Assembly (NCBI GenBank): GCA_963788655.1
Contig: CAWBHS010000062.1
Location: 32,001-96,000 of the forward strand
From: an uncultured Verrucomicrobiae bacterium
Lineage (GTDB): Bacteria; Verrucomicrobiota; Verrucomicrobiia; Limisphaerales; JAFGQR01
DNA: 64,000 nucleotides
Direction of reading: 5' to 3'
Part shown: positions 33,480-45,070 of the stretch, piece by piece
Numbering within the stretch: position 1 is the stretch's first letter
How the letters are laid out: every line of letters starts with the position of its first letter
Program-made: the position numbers and the translations under genes
The notes under the pieces: generated by a model
Told to the model about the DNA's origin: nothing
The model's database searches: none
The model's input: the letters and a program-made list of their open reading frames with translations, nothing else

Positions 33480-34481
33480 TCATTCCTTCAACCACTTTTT
33501 GTAGTCGGGATTCAACAGGGCATCGATGTCCGGCTGTTTCATGTTGTCGGGTGAGGCGACGGCCGAGCCGGTATCGATGCGTTTCTCGACCTTTTGGCCC
33601 CTCAGGTGTTCGACCATGGTCTTGACACCGAGGTAGCCCATGTTGATCGGATCTTGCAGCACGAGGCCATTGAGTTCGCCTTTTTTCATGGCGTCCACGA
33701 GCATGTCCGAACTGTCAAAGCCCACGAACTTCACCTTGCCGGCCCAACCCCCGTCCTGCAGCGCGCGCAACATGGCGAAGGTGGTGAATTCGTTGACGCA
33801 GAAAATGCCGTCCACACCGAGACCGCCTTCGGGTTTCTTGAGACTGGCCAAGAGGTTTTCGCTGTTTTGATAGGCGATCTCCGAGGTGCTGCCCGAGCGT
33901 TGATTGGAACTGACGACCTCAATGCCGGGAAATTCTTTGAGCCCGTCCAGAAAGCCTTTGGCCCGCGCTTCGGTACTGGCGGAGCCTTCCAGAAACCGCA
34001 ACATGGCCACCTTGCCTTTGCCACCCAGCAACTGGCCCAGGTGCCGCGCTCCTTTTTGGCCGCCCACGTAATTGTCGGTCGCCACGAAACTCACGTATTT
34101 GTCACTGTTCAACGCAGAATCGATAATGACCACCGGAATGCCCTGGCGGATCGCATCGGTGACGACTGGACGCAACGCCACGTCATCCAACGGCGCCAGC
34201 ACAATGCCGTCCACACCGCGGGTGATGAAGTCTTCCACGACCTTGATTTGCGATTCGCGGTCATCCTCCTTGATGGGGCCCTTCCAGATGACTTCCACGC
34301 CCAGTTCCTGCGCGGCTTTCTCACCCCCGGCATGGACCGATTTCCAATAGACCTGGTTGGCCCCTTTGGGAATGAGCGCGATGCTGAGTTTCTGGGGGCC
34401 CGAGGACGATTCTGGCTTGCTGCAAGAAGTAACGCCAACCGCCACCGCGAGACTGGCCACAATGTGAAGAAGCGTTTTCAT
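33480..34481 (-). CDS. RbsB-like sugar-binding lipoprotein (no adjacent ABC genes)
   Basis: Lipobox VTSC; GVDGIVLAP, FVATDNY, FVGFD, QDP..MGY. Confidence 0.9.
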   Translation of the reverse strand: MKTLLHIVASLAVAVGVTSCSKPESSSGPQKLSIALIPKGANQVYWKSVHAGGEKAAQELGVEVIWKGPIKEDDRESQIKVVEDFITRGVDGIVLAPLDDVALRPVVTDAIRQGIPVVIIDSALNSDKYVSFVATDNYVGGQKGARHLGQLLGGKGKVAMLRFLEGSASTEARAKGFLDGLKEFPGIEVVSSNQRSGSTSEIAYQNSENLLASLKKPEGGLGVDGIFCVNEFTTFAMLRALQDGGWAGKVKFVGFDSSDMLVDAMKKGELNGLVLQDPINMGYLGVKTMVEHLRGQKVEKRIDTGSAVASPDNMKQPDIDALLNPDYKKWLKE

Positions 34482-34628
34482 GATTGGCGGTGAATCTAGG
34501 AAAGGCGCCGCGCGATTGTCACGGTTAAAGTTTTTTTGGCCCGGTTCGACCGGACGCTTTTCCAAATTCACGCTGGTGGCCTTGGAGCCGGCTTGAATAA
34601 TTATCCGAACGGGGGACGCGTTAGGCTC

Positions 34629-34682
34629 GGAGTCCCGCCTTCAGGCGGTGTGGGTGCCGCGCTGGCTACAGGCGGGACTCCA
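34629..34682. repeat. REP-like inverted pair
   Basis: ggagtcccgccttcaggcgg ... ctacaggcgggactcc. Confidence 0.6.
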
Positions 34683-34786
34683 AATGGGAATCTCCAAACA
34701 CTCTCCTCATAAAAAAACCACCCCCACCCGTGACGAACGCTTGACGGCGGCGCACGCTTTCGATACCGATAACACCCGAAAACCTT

Positions 34787-36940
34787 ATGATTTTCTCTGC
34801 CATGTTTGCCGCCGCGCCTGGCGCTGCCCCGCGCCTGCTCAGTTTGTCCCCGATGGACCTGGTGATCATTGTCCTGTATTTCGTGGTCGTCCTCGGCATC
34901 GGTTTTTACCTGAAGAAATACGCCAGCACCGGCGAGGACTTCTTCATGGCCGGGCGCAAAATGACCGCCTGGATCGCGGGGCTGAGTTTCATTTCGGCGA
35001 ATTTGAGTTCACTGGAAACCATGGGCTGGTCGGCCATGGCTTACCAATACGGCATGTTGGGCGCCCACGCGTACCTCATCGGCGCCATCCCCGCGATCCT
35101 GTTCCTCGCGGTGGTCATGATGCCGTTTTATTACATCTGCAAAACCCATTCGGTGCCCGGTTACCTGAAACTGCGTTACGGCGAAGGCGCACGGTCGGTG
35201 GCGGGAATTTCGTTCACGTTCCTGACGGTCATGGTCAGCGGCGCCAGCATGTTCGCCATGGCCAAGATTCTCAATCTGCTCCTGGGGTGGAACATGAATG
35301 TCAGCATCTGGGTGTCGTCAATCACTGTGGCCGTTTATGTAACACTCGGCGGTCTGCTGTCGGCGGTTTTCAATGAAGTCCTGCAATATTTCCTCATCTG
35401 GGCGGGGTCGCTGCTGATCCCGGTGCTCGGGCTCATTCAGGTCGGGGGATGGCACAAAATGATGGAGACCATCCAGCAGAACGTGAAGGTGATTCACCCG
35501 ACGGTGCAGAACGCCGACTTCACCAGCCTGTGGCGGAACCTCGGCTCCTTCGACACGAATCCGATGGGCATCGACTGGTTCGGCATGGTCTTCGGCTTGG
35601 GGCTGGCCGTGAGTTTCGGCTATTGGTGTACGGACTTCTTGCAAGTGCAACGGGTCATCGTCGCCAAAGATCTGCGGTCTGCTCAGAATGGCACGATCAT
35701 CGGCGCGGCGCTCAAGATGCTGGTGCCGCTCATCGTCACCATTCCCGGTTTGCTCGGGCTGGCGGTGTTGATGAACCCGGATGGTTCACCGATGGTGCTG
35801 GTGCCGGAGAGCGATCCGCGGGCGGGCATCACGCATCACACGTTCAACGATGTGCTGCCGTTGCTGATGGGGAAATATCTCGGACCCGGCTTGCTGGGCT
35901 TGGGCGTCACGGCCATGATTGCCGGCTTCATGTCGGGCATGGCGGGCAACATCAGCGCCTTCGCCACGGTGTGGACCCATGACGTTTACCGGCCGCTATT
36001 CAATAAACGCGCCAGCGACCGCCATTACCTGACGATGGGCCGCTGGTCGTCCATTGCGGGCGTGTTCATTTCCATTCTGACCGCCTATGCCTTGTTCTAT
36101 TTCTCGAATATCCTCGAGTATCTCCAGGTACTGATCTTCTTTTTCATTGTGCCGCTGTTTGGGACGGTGATTCTCGGGATGCTCTGGAAACGGGCCACGC
36201 CAGCGGCGGGCTTCTGGGGCTTTTTGACGGCGATCCTGGTGTCCATCGGCATGTGGGTTTATGTCCATTCTTTTCCCGACGGATACCATCCGCCGCCCAA
36301 GATTGCATTGGGCAAAGGCGCCGTAGTGAGCCTGGAAAAGGCCCCGGACGAAAGTGGCAAATATGGGAAGATCGTGGTCGAAAGCGGCACGGTGGACCTG
36401 ATCAATGTGCCCGTAACCAAAGAACCAGGTCAACCGCCGGTGATGGCCGGCGAGTTCACGGTGCAAGCTACGGTTGTTATTTTGCCACCGACAACTCAGG
36501 GAACGAGCGGTGACGTGCAGGTGCAGACGCTGGCGCCAGACGTGGTGATGGCAAGCACGAAGGAAATCGGCAAGTTCGGGGTGGAAGGTGTCCCGGTGGA
36601 ACTGAAACCCGGGGTGCAGGTTCGGGCCGAGAATGTCTCCGAGAAGTTTGCGCCGGCGGTGTTCAATAAGGAGCACACGAAATATATCGCGCGATCGGAA
36701 AAGGCGAAGCCCATGGCGGTGAACATGTATAGTGGATTCTGGTCGCTCATGGTCTGCGTGTTGATGACCGTGGTGGTGAGCCTGTTCACCAAACCCAAGC
36801 CCGACGCGGAGTTGAAGAACCTGGTGATGGGATTGACCCCGCTGCCGGATGAAGGGCCGTGTCCGTGGTATCGCAAACCGTTGTTCTGGGCGGCGGTAGT
36901 GACCGTCGTCCTGATCGCGGTGAACATTATTTTCTGGTGA
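34787..36940 (+). CDS. Sodium:solute symporter with inserted soluble domain
   Basis: EDFFMAGR, LSFISANL, YLKLRY, YWCTDFLQVQR; about 14 TM segments. Confidence 0.92.
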   Translation: MIFSAMFAAAPGAAPRLLSLSPMDLVIIVLYFVVVLGIGFYLKKYASTGEDFFMAGRKMTAWIAGLSFISANLSSLETMGWSAMAYQYGMLGAHAYLIGAIPAILFLAVVMMPFYYICKTHSVPGYLKLRYGEGARSVAGISFTFLTVMVSGASMFAMAKILNLLLGWNMNVSIWVSSITVAVYVTLGGLLSAVFNEVLQYFLIWAGSLLIPVLGLIQVGGWHKMMETIQQNVKVIHPTVQNADFTSLWRNLGSFDTNPMGIDWFGMVFGLGLAVSFGYWCTDFLQVQRVIVAKDLRSAQNGTIIGAALKMLVPLIVTIPGLLGLAVLMNPDGSPMVLVPESDPRAGITHHTFNDVLPLLMGKYLGPGLLGLGVTAMIAGFMSGMAGNISAFATVWTHDVYRPLFNKRASDRHYLTMGRWSSIAGVFISILTAYALFYFSNILEYLQVLIFFFIVPLFGTVILGMLWKRATPAAGFWGFLTAILVSIGMWVYVHSFPDGYHPPPKIALGKGAVVSLEKAPDESGKYGKIVVESGTVDLINVPVTKEPGQPPVMAGEFTVQATVVILPPTTQGTSGDVQVQTLAPDVVMASTKEIGKFGVEGVPVELKPGVQVRAENVSEKFAPAVFNKEHTKYIARSEKAKPMAVNMYSGFWSLMVCVLMTVVVSLFTKPKPDAELKNLVMGLTPLPDEGPCPWYRKPLFWAAVVTVVLIAVNIIFW

Positions 36941-36947
36941 GGCAGTT

Positions 36948-37211
36948 ATGGAACAGAACCAACCAAATCAACCAACAAAACAAATTCCCATCTGGTTTTT
37001 TATCGGCGTCGTGCTGACGGTTTACGGCTTTCTGATTTTCGTATCCGGCATTTACGGGGCGATCAATCCACCGCCGGAAGACGCGCGCGTGGCCTTGTGG
37101 AACTTGCACGCCGACATCTGGTGGGGGGCGTTCCTATTCGTGATTGGCCTGGTGTACTCCTTCAAGTTCCCACCGCGCCAAGGCGCCGGCGGCATCGATT
37201 CGCTTGAATAA
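36948..37211 (+). CDS. Small two-TM membrane protein coupled to the symporter
   Basis: IPIWFFIG...LHADIWWG; 7 bp after the symporter stop. Confidence 0.8.
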   Translation: MEQNQPNQPTKQIPIWFFIGVVLTVYGFLIFVSGIYGAINPPPEDARVALWNLHADIWWGAFLFVIGLVYSFKFPPRQGAGGIDSLE

Positions 37212-37218
37212 CCGCCGA

Positions 37219-37710
37219 GTCAACCACCTCCGGCAAAGCTGGAGGCTTGAATTGATGAATGGCTCAAAGCCATGGCTGGGAGGCGGCGCTCGTCAGAATC
37301 CAAGTGCCGTGCTGCAACGAAGCGGATGTTCCCCCCTCACCCCAGCCCTCTCCCTTGGGGAGAGGGAGAATCGCCGGCCGCGCGGGAGCGCAAGCCGCCC
37401 GCTGGAACATCTCAACGCCCGGGCGCTGCTGTTCCCTCTCCTTGGGGAGAGGGTCAGGGTGAGGGGAACCAGTGGCTCCATACACCTCCCCTCGTCTCTT
37501 CTTGCAGAACTGTCAAACTTTGCGAGTCCTCCGGCAAAGCCGGAGGTTTCCCCGCGAAAAATGACCATTGACCATTGACCAAGAACCAAAGAATTCCCAA
37601 GAGCCAATGACCAAAGCCTGATTTCGGACGCCAAGAACGCCCAAGCGTTTGGCAATGGGCCTTCGGGCTTGGTTATTCTCTGGTCATTGGGACTTGGCCC
37701 TTGGTCATTC
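37219..37710. repeat. Composite REP cluster (families F, E, E, F) followed by family C heptamer arrays
   Basis: cctccggcaaagc(t/c)ggagg x2; ccctcaccccagccctctcc / ggagagggtcagggtgaggg; atgacc-attgacc arrays 37561-37710. Confidence 0.8.
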
Positions 37711-38524
37711 TTTCTGGTCGCCTTGGGTGACACTGCCGTCGCCGTAGCCGAGATGCCCGTGAATGGGGCAACGAAAGACCACTTTCCGCATGACATCATC
37801 TTCCTTGGCGCTGGGCAGCAGGTAATCGTAGCTCACGTTGGCAGGAGAAAGGTCGCTCCAACTGGTTGCCTTGCTTTTGGCCGTGTCAGCGGGACAACAC
37901 AGGATCTGCGGTGATGCCAACTCATTGGCCATCGCCTGGAAGTCGGGCGGAAAGACTCCGTTGTGGTCATTGGAGTAGATGCGGGCCGCCAGGCCGATTT
38001 GCTTCATGTTGCTCACGCAATTGATAGATTGGGCCCTGCCCTCTGGCCTTGCCAATGGCCGGCAGCATCGCCGCAAGCATCACCACGGTAAACACCATGC
38101 TGCAATACCCCATGACGAATCCCGCTATGGCGAAGCCTCCACCACCAAACTCGGAGGGAGCCCGCCGAGCCCGGCCGTGAGCGATGTGACCGGTGATAAT
38201 CGCTGGGATGCCGGTGAAGATACTGCCGCAAACCAACGACACGATGCCCAGCACCATGCTGGTAATGGCCATACCGGTCTTGGGCGCACCCACAACGGAC
38301 GGGAAGGCATTGGAAACAGGTGGCGGTGGCAAGTTGGGTTGCGGGGCGGGACTGCCGAACAAGTCGGCGAATTCAGGCAGCCCTCCGAGCGGGTGCCATT
38401 CCAGGCCGGCTTCGGTTTTCACTCGCGTCTGGGCGTTGGCGCGCCCCTGGGCGATCCATTGTCGCACGACTTCGGCGCTTACGGGACCGTATTCCTTTTG
38501 GTCCACTCCCAGAATCTTATACAT
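37705..38524 (-). CDS. GYF_2 / DUF4190 / prepilin-like C-terminal domain membrane protein (frameshift near 38045)
   Basis: MYKILGVDQKEYGPVS, MAITSMVLGIVS..GHIA, CVSNMKQIGLA, HGHLGYGDGSV. Confidence 0.8.
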
Positions 38525-38748
38525 GGCGATGCTCCATTTTGGTCGTTGCTTTTATCGAGCCCATCCGACCACCGCGTCTGCCTTCCGGCAATGGAAAAAT
38601 GCGGCGAGATCAAAACAGGTTGGCCATGGTTCTTCTCGCCGTTTTTCGCGTGGCGTAATTGCGAACTGTGCGGAGCCCATTCGAACACACTTTCCGTTCC
38701 ACCAGGGGCCTACTCCGCCGAGTCGCCTGAACCGGGCCCAGCAAGCGG

Positions 38749-39036
38749 CTACTTTTTCAATCCGGCCTTGGCGTCCGCAAGCTTCTTCATGTATTTGGCC
38801 GGGTCTTTCTCAAAGAGAGCTTTCTCGCCGGCGTCGCAGACTTTGATCTGCTGACCTTGATACACAAAGGTGACCGGTTCGCCCATCTTTGATAGGTCCA
38901 TTTCACAGACCAGGCAGGTATCCAACGGATACGGTGTGGCATTGGCAACGTGGTCCTCCTTTGAACATCCGGCTAACGCCGCCATCAAAAGGAATCCTAC
39001 CCAGACGGTTGCGGAGATCGATTTCAATGTTTTCAT
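38749..39036 (-). CDS. Small YHS-like lipoprotein
   Basis: Lipobox LAGC; PYPLDTCLVC...YQGQQIKVC...FEKDPAKY. Confidence 0.72.
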   Translation of the reverse strand: MKTLKSISATVWVGFLLMAALAGCSKEDHVANATPYPLDTCLVCEMDLSKMGEPVTFVYQGQQIKVCDAGEKALFEKDPAKYMKKLADAKAGLKK

Positions 39037-39105
39037 AGCTCCTTTATGGCCTTTGCTGCGTTGCTGATCAAGAGTTGTGTAGTTCACAGTGATCCGCGAT
39101 TCGAA

Positions 39106-42100
39106 TTATTCGGCACTCGCCGCCGTCACCGCCAGCAAGGCCGGAATGCCGCGCGGTTGTTCGCCCGGCATCATGTCCAGACTGGTGATCGCCACGTCGG
39201 GCCGCGGGTTGTTCCATTGCTTGGCATAGGCGACGGCGGAATAGTCCGTGCCTTCGAATGGTTTGGTCCAGCCGAGTTGCGCGCCGGGGATAGCTTGCGG
39301 TTCTTTCTGCCGGTAATCGTCAATGTCCACCTCGGCATAAATCGGAATATTGGCGGTCTGGCCGTCGGCGTAATGGACCACGTACCGCAGCGTTTCGTAG
39401 CGATTGCCCTTGCGGCGGTCGTTGTTGTTCATCCGGTGCTCCAGTTTCATGGTGTGCAGGAAAAACAAGGCGTCGGCTTTGCGGTTGATGGGAATGCCTT
39501 TGATTTCCTGCGCGGGTTTCGAGGCTTTGTCCGACAGCATCAAAGCGGTCGGCACTGGGGAGGTGGGAAAATCAAAGATTTCGTAGGGCACGCCTGCGAA
39601 GGTTTGCCGGCCGGCGGGCAGGTCTTTGAAGGTGAACCGGCGGTCGCCGAACCAGCCTTTCTCGTCGCGGTATGCGTTGGCTGGTTGCGAAATGTCGATG
39701 GGCGAATAGCGCAGATTGGCGCCGGCAATGATGGTCTTGCCCGCAAACGGTGCTTTCAGATTGCGCAGGATGGTGGCCAGGATGGCGCGTTTTTTAGGAC
39801 CATTGGCCGGGACGGACTCGGTGTCTTTGAACGACACATTGCACAGCACCAGGCCGCCCGGTCCCCGCGGATATTCCATGAGCGCACCGACGTTGAGCAT
39901 CGGTTTGACGCGCTCGTAAAACTCCGGCGACCGGCGGACTTTCAAGTAGATGTTGTCCACGCCCACCACGTCATTCTTGTTCGGCACGCGCTGCCAATCG
40001 GCCAACTCGACGTGCAGCGTCTTGCCGCGGCGCGGCGGATCGATGGCGAAAGTTTGCGGCTCGGTGTTCGGTTTCGTGTTAAAAGTGACCTTGTCCTTCC
40101 CGTCAAAGCTCATTTCGACTTCCGTCACCAAATGATAGAAGCCGTTGCCGATCCAGGTGAATTCGATAAAGTCCTGTGCCTTGGGAAAAACCATGTCCCA
40201 CTGGGGCTTGTCCCCGTGGCCCAGTTCAAAGGAGTAAATGTATTTCCACCCGTCGGCGCTCACCATGCCGTTGACCATGTTGTGAAAATAGTCGCTGGGA
40301 AACTTGGCGAACGGCGCCACTTCGTCGTAGTCCACCACGTAACTGAACGTGTCGTCGGCCACGTACGTGCCGGCCTGCCAGGGAAAGATGCGTTCGCCGG
40401 AATAGAGCGCCACATCGCCGGTGGTCAGGCCGGCCGTCAGGCGATTCTTGACCGGCGGGAAAGTCACCCGTTCGCGGCGGAACGGACGGATGATATGGTC
40501 CCAGCCGACCAGTTTGTTGTAGTCCGCCAGACCCTCAGGGGTTAGGCCGTTGAAGACGATCCAGCCACCGTTCTGGGTGAATTGATTCACTTGATCGAGG
40601 TGCTGGGCGAGCGTTTGCAAGTGGTTCGGGCTGGCGGCGATGACGGCAATCTTCCCAGCGGTCAACGCGGCCAATGGCGTGATGGCCTTGGCAAATTTCA
40701 GTCCGCTGGCTTCGAGAGTGTGAGCGAGTTGCGGGGCGCCTTCCACGCAGGCAGCGACCGGCAGGAACTCCTGCCGGTAGGTTGCGGCGTAGTCGAGCAG
40801 GCCCACGAGGAGATGTTGGGCGACAGGATTGGCCGCGAGTTTTTCGCCGACCAGCAACTGGCTCAGCAGCAGCACGCCCTTGCCGCAGGGCACTTCCGCC
40901 AGGGCGCTGTGGCGTAATTGGTCGTCGCATTGCACCAGGGACTTGGCGCCGCGCGTGGGTTTCATGTAGGCGTCGCGGTACACGGTCGAATCAGGGCCCC
41001 AGGTAAAGAAATCTTTTTGCTGCAACCCGCGCAGGATCGGATGTTCGAGGTCTTCCGCAAACGCCACGCGGCCCTCGTTGCTGGCCGCTTCCATTTCGCA
41101 CGGCAGCGCCTGGTATTTCAAGGGATGCGCTTGTTCGAGGACAATTACCGCGCGGCCCGCCGATGCCCAGGCGGCCAAACGGCTCGAAGTGCTTTCGGTA
41201 GTTGTAAGCGCATCCTTGCCCAGCAGCAGCACCTTGGTGCTATTCGGCAGAGTGTCCAGGCTGTCGAGCTGGGTGAAGGGCTGGTGGATGCTCTTCAGGA
41301 ACGCAAGCGCCAAGCCCTGGGGATCATAGACGGCAAGTGTAGCCGCGTCTCGTGAGAGCGCGGCTGAATTTTGATTCGAGGCGTCAGCCGCATTTTCGAC
41401 GGTGGCTGTTACAATGGACGGAGGCGCAAGCACCGACACGGCTTTGCCATCGCGATACACTTGCTGGCCGTTGACCGATAGCGATAGAACCAGTTCGCCT
41501 TCCGTGCGAGCTTTGACGTTGGGCATGGGCAGCTTGAGTTCGAACTTTTGATTGGTGCCGGGAGCAAGGTGGTATTCCTTGGTATCGCCCGCGAATTCTT
41601 TACCGGCGAAATTCAGCGCCCAAGTAAACGAGATGGGATCAGCCGAATGCGTGTCGTTGAAAATGCCCAACGTGCGCGGGATGCTTTGGCCCGAATCAAA
41701 CGTCCAATCCCATTGCCGGCAAAACACGGCGCGCGGCGCGAAGGAGGCATAATGACTGCCGTCGGTGTCGCTCTGGCCCATCCAAAAATGAAACGCGCCG
41801 AACCCGGCCCAGCGATAGCCTTCGGTCAGGATGCGCGCCATGAGCCCGGCGGCAGGCAGGGAGCCGGCCTTGCCGGTGAACACGCTTTCGCCGCCGAGAT
41901 AGGCCAGTTCCGGATGATGGCCGGCAATGTAGTAATCTTCACCAATGAAACGTGGTCGTTGCTCGTCCCATTGCCAGCGGCCGCGGCCGCCGCCGGTGGG
42001 ATTGGCTTCATAGGCCAGTTCGGGATAGCGGGTGATGTCATGGTCCCAGACATAATGATCGCCTTGCACCGGCATGGCGTTGGACTTGGTGGCACCGCCA

Positions 42101-44195
42101 CCGTCGGTCATGTTTAACCGCGTAGGATCGGTGGCACGGACGGCCTCGGACACGTTGATGACGGCGCGTTCGAACTCGTCCATTTTGCCGCCGTAAAGGT
42201 TGATGCAATTGATGTAGAGCCACTCGTTCTCGATGGACCACAGCATGACCGACGGATGGTTTCGTTCGCCGCGCACTTGAGCCAGCAACTGGTCCTTCCA
42301 ATTCTCCATGAGCTGCATCTTGATGTCCGATCCGTAAAGCCGCTTGAGGTCCGGATCATTCTCGATGGCCATGTAACCGATGCGCTCGCCGTCGAGAATT
42401 CCCGAGCGGCGGCAGACCACGCCGTTTTGGTCGAAGAAGGACAAGGCTTCGTCCGGGGACAGGCTTTTCCAGGAAGTGCCCCAGAACCGCATCACGGTTT
42501 GGTGTTTGGCCCGGTAGAACTTGAGCCAGTCCTCCTTGGTGGGGGCAGTGAAGCAATCGGCCCAACCGTGAAAGGGAATCCCGTTCAGCAAAAAATCTTT
42601 GCCCCGGTTCGACCATTCACGAAAGCCAAACGAGGTTTCCTGCTTGTCCAACTCCTGACCGTCACGAAGCAGCTTGGTGCGCAGGACATACATGAAGGGA
42701 TCATCCGGCCACCACCGGTGCGGATCGGTCCAGTTTTGCGCCAGGCTGAGAGTTTTCGTTTCGCCTGCGGCCAGGGTGAAGTTTTGCGACGCGAACTGCT
42801 TTGCGATGGAGCCATCTGGCGCAAGGACTTCGCAACGGAGTTCGCCTGAGGCAGCGCTGTCGCTGGGATTGAGCAGGGTGAGGTCCGCGCCCAATTGCTG
42901 TTGCGCCACGCTGGGCTTGATGAACACATCGCTTACATAGACCGGTCCCGCCGCGACCAGCTCCGGCGTCACGAGAATGCCCGACTGCGGGTGCGCCCAG
43001 ATCGGGTACGCCAGATCCTGGAAGCCTTCATCAAAAAACCGTTTCGGCAGGTTGAATCGCTTGCGCAGCTTGAGCGGATTGTTTGGGTTGGTGGAATAGC
43101 CATACCAGGCGTCCCGGATGCCCACCCATACTTCGTTGGTGCCCGGCTTCAGTGCCCGGCTGACGTCGATTTGCACGCGGGCGAAGGGATTTTTGTCGAA
43201 CCCACAAATTTGGCCGTTCACAAAGACGGTGGTGTTTAGATTGTTCTGCGGAAAGACGAGGAAGAACGAGCGACCCGCCAACGATGCAGGCACTTCGACG
43301 CGCGTGCGATACCACAGGCGATGCGCAAACACCAAATCGTCGCGGATGTTCTTGTCGCTGGGCACGCGGATAGCCGTCCAACGGGGTGCGACGGGGAAAT
43401 CCTTGATGGGCGCGGCCACCTCGCCGGGCAACTGTTCGTCGTGCCGACAAACCGACCAAAGGCCCTCCAGCTTGATCGCAGTGCGGGCGCCAGGAGCGGA
43501 CGCATCGGGGAGGCGGAAAACTTGTTGCGCGGCCAAGCGGTCCTGCTCGGTTTGATGATCCTGGTCAGGCTTGAAATGCGAGTAAGGATGAAACGGGCCG
43601 TGCGCCAGACATAGCGCGTCCAAGGCAAACAGGATGCGTTGCACCTTGCCTTTATCGTCCTTAGTTTTGGGAAGCCGCAATCTCAGCGTGTGCGGACCGG
43701 CGGCCAGCGTTTGATTGCCCAGTTTCAGCCACGCGACTTCGGTCCAATCACTGAGCTGCATGAGATCGGTCGTCAACTCTTGGGGATCGACGCGCTGCCA
43801 GGCGCCGTTATCCAAACGCCAATCGAAGGGCGAGCGAACCAACTCATAACCAATGCGCGCCCAGGCTTCATAGTCGCCGGGCGCGGTGACTTGGAGGGCG
43901 TAATCAATGAGCACGCCGTCCGCTGGAGCATCGGCTTCGACCTTGCCGGCGTCGATGCTGACCTTCAACCAAGCGCCATCGGAAAGAAAATCCGGATGTC
44001 CAACGCCTTCGGGTTTGGGCGTGAAATTGATGTGCGTTGGCGTTTCACCTTCGAGCCAGATGTAGGCTGGGCCGGGACGGTGGCCGCATTGCTGGCCGGA
44101 GTTGCCAAGAGAATGGGAAGAGACAAAGCGAGGGAAAGGTGGAAGGCGGAAACGCGCTTCGACAGGCTTCGCAAATGCAATGCGTTTTGAATCAT
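39106..44195 (-). CDS. Large multidomain GH2-like glycoside hydrolase (about 1700 aa; signal peptide separated by frameshift near 44070)
   Basis: LWYRTRV, WWPDDPFMY, FGFREW..FLLNG, RNHPSVMLWSIENE; signal peptide in ORF 43965..44195. Confidence 0.82.
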
Positions 44196-44248
44196 AGCTG
44201 TGCGGCATGGTCGCTGTGCGAGGCCAGCGAGTCGAGAAGAAACCGCGC

Positions 44249-44363
44249 CACCGCGTCATCGCGATGACGCGGTGAATGGCAGATGGCAGATGGCAAATGG
44301 TCAACAGTCATTGTTTTGCCATTTGCCATTTGCCATTTGCCATTGCAGCGGCTGCACCGCTGC
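44249..44363. repeat. 26-bp perfect palindrome, inverted ATGGCAR/TTGCCAT heptamer arrays, and a hairpin
   Basis: caccgcgtcatcgcgatgacgcggtg (44249-44274); aatggcagatggcagatggcaaa (44275-44297); ttgccat x4 (44316-44343); gcagcgg-ctgca-ccgctgc (44345-44363). Confidence 0.9.
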
Positions 44364-44888
44364 TCACTCGCCCCGGGCGGCTCGGGCTTCGGAGGAATTA
44401 TAGAGTGGGTGCGTGGCTTTTAAATTGCGCAAGAAATTGAGCCGGAAATCGCGGGCCTTCTGCGCCTTTTCGCGAGCCGATCGGTCCTTCTCCGGCAAGT
44501 GCCGCTGTCCTTCAAAGGGCAGTTTTTCCACCGCGCCAGCCCAACCGGACAGTTGCCGAGCACACGATTCGGCCAGCGCGCGGATCTTTTGCAACGCTGC
44601 GACGTGTCGTTTCAATTTGGGCCGATCCTTGACCACGGCCATCATCGAACGGACTTCGCCCGACGAACCGCGCGCAATGGCAATGAACGAAAGCAGTTCT
44701 TTGGTAGTGGAGCGCTCGAAGCCTTCCGCAACATTATTGGAAATGGATAGCGCCGCCCGATCCAATTGATTGCGGAAGCCCGATGTCAATGGCACGCCCG
44801 GCTCTTCCAGCAGATCGATTACGGTGTTGTAAAGCCGAGCCGCTTCTTGCCACACGGGCAGGTCTTCAAACTGTTGGTACTTGGCCAT
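44364..44888 (-). CDS. Four-helix-bundle protein (23S rRNA IVP / Avd-like family) with C-terminal extension
   Basis: FEDLPVWQ, QLDRAALSISNNVAEGFER, IARGSSGEVRS. Confidence 0.92.
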   Translation of the reverse strand: MAKYQQFEDLPVWQEAARLYNTVIDLLEEPGVPLTSGFRNQLDRAALSISNNVAEGFERSTTKELLSFIAIARGSSGEVRSMMAVVKDRPKLKRHVAALQKIRALAESCARQLSGWAGAVEKLPFEGQRHLPEKDRSAREKAQKARDFRLNFLRNLKATHPLYNSSEARAARGE

Positions 44889-44960
44889 AAAGATAGTCCT
44901 TTCGTTGATTGATAATCTGTTGGTTTGTTCTCCAGTTTTATTCGACTAAATGACTCCTGG

Positions 44961-44997
44961 TGGTCACTTGGCGTTTGCCATCTGCCATCTGCTATTG
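44961..44997. repeat. YTGCCAT heptamer array upstream of the four-helix-bundle gene
   Basis: tggtcac ttggcgt ttgccat ctgccat ctgctat. Confidence 0.85.
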
Positions 44998-45070
44998 GCG
45001 CAAGCCTACCCGTGCGCTTCCGCCAGGACCACTACATCACACCGCCCCACTTCGGCCCGAACCAGCGCGC

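Noticed and set aside
39046..40545. Long antisense ORFs (also 4509-6023, 53802-55304, 62145-63314)
   Set aside because: Shadows of GC-rich coding strands with no motifs
44364..44888. Diversity-generating retroelement (Avd-like gene)
   Set aside because: No reverse transcriptase and no TR/VR pair with adenine-specific mismatches seen in the window
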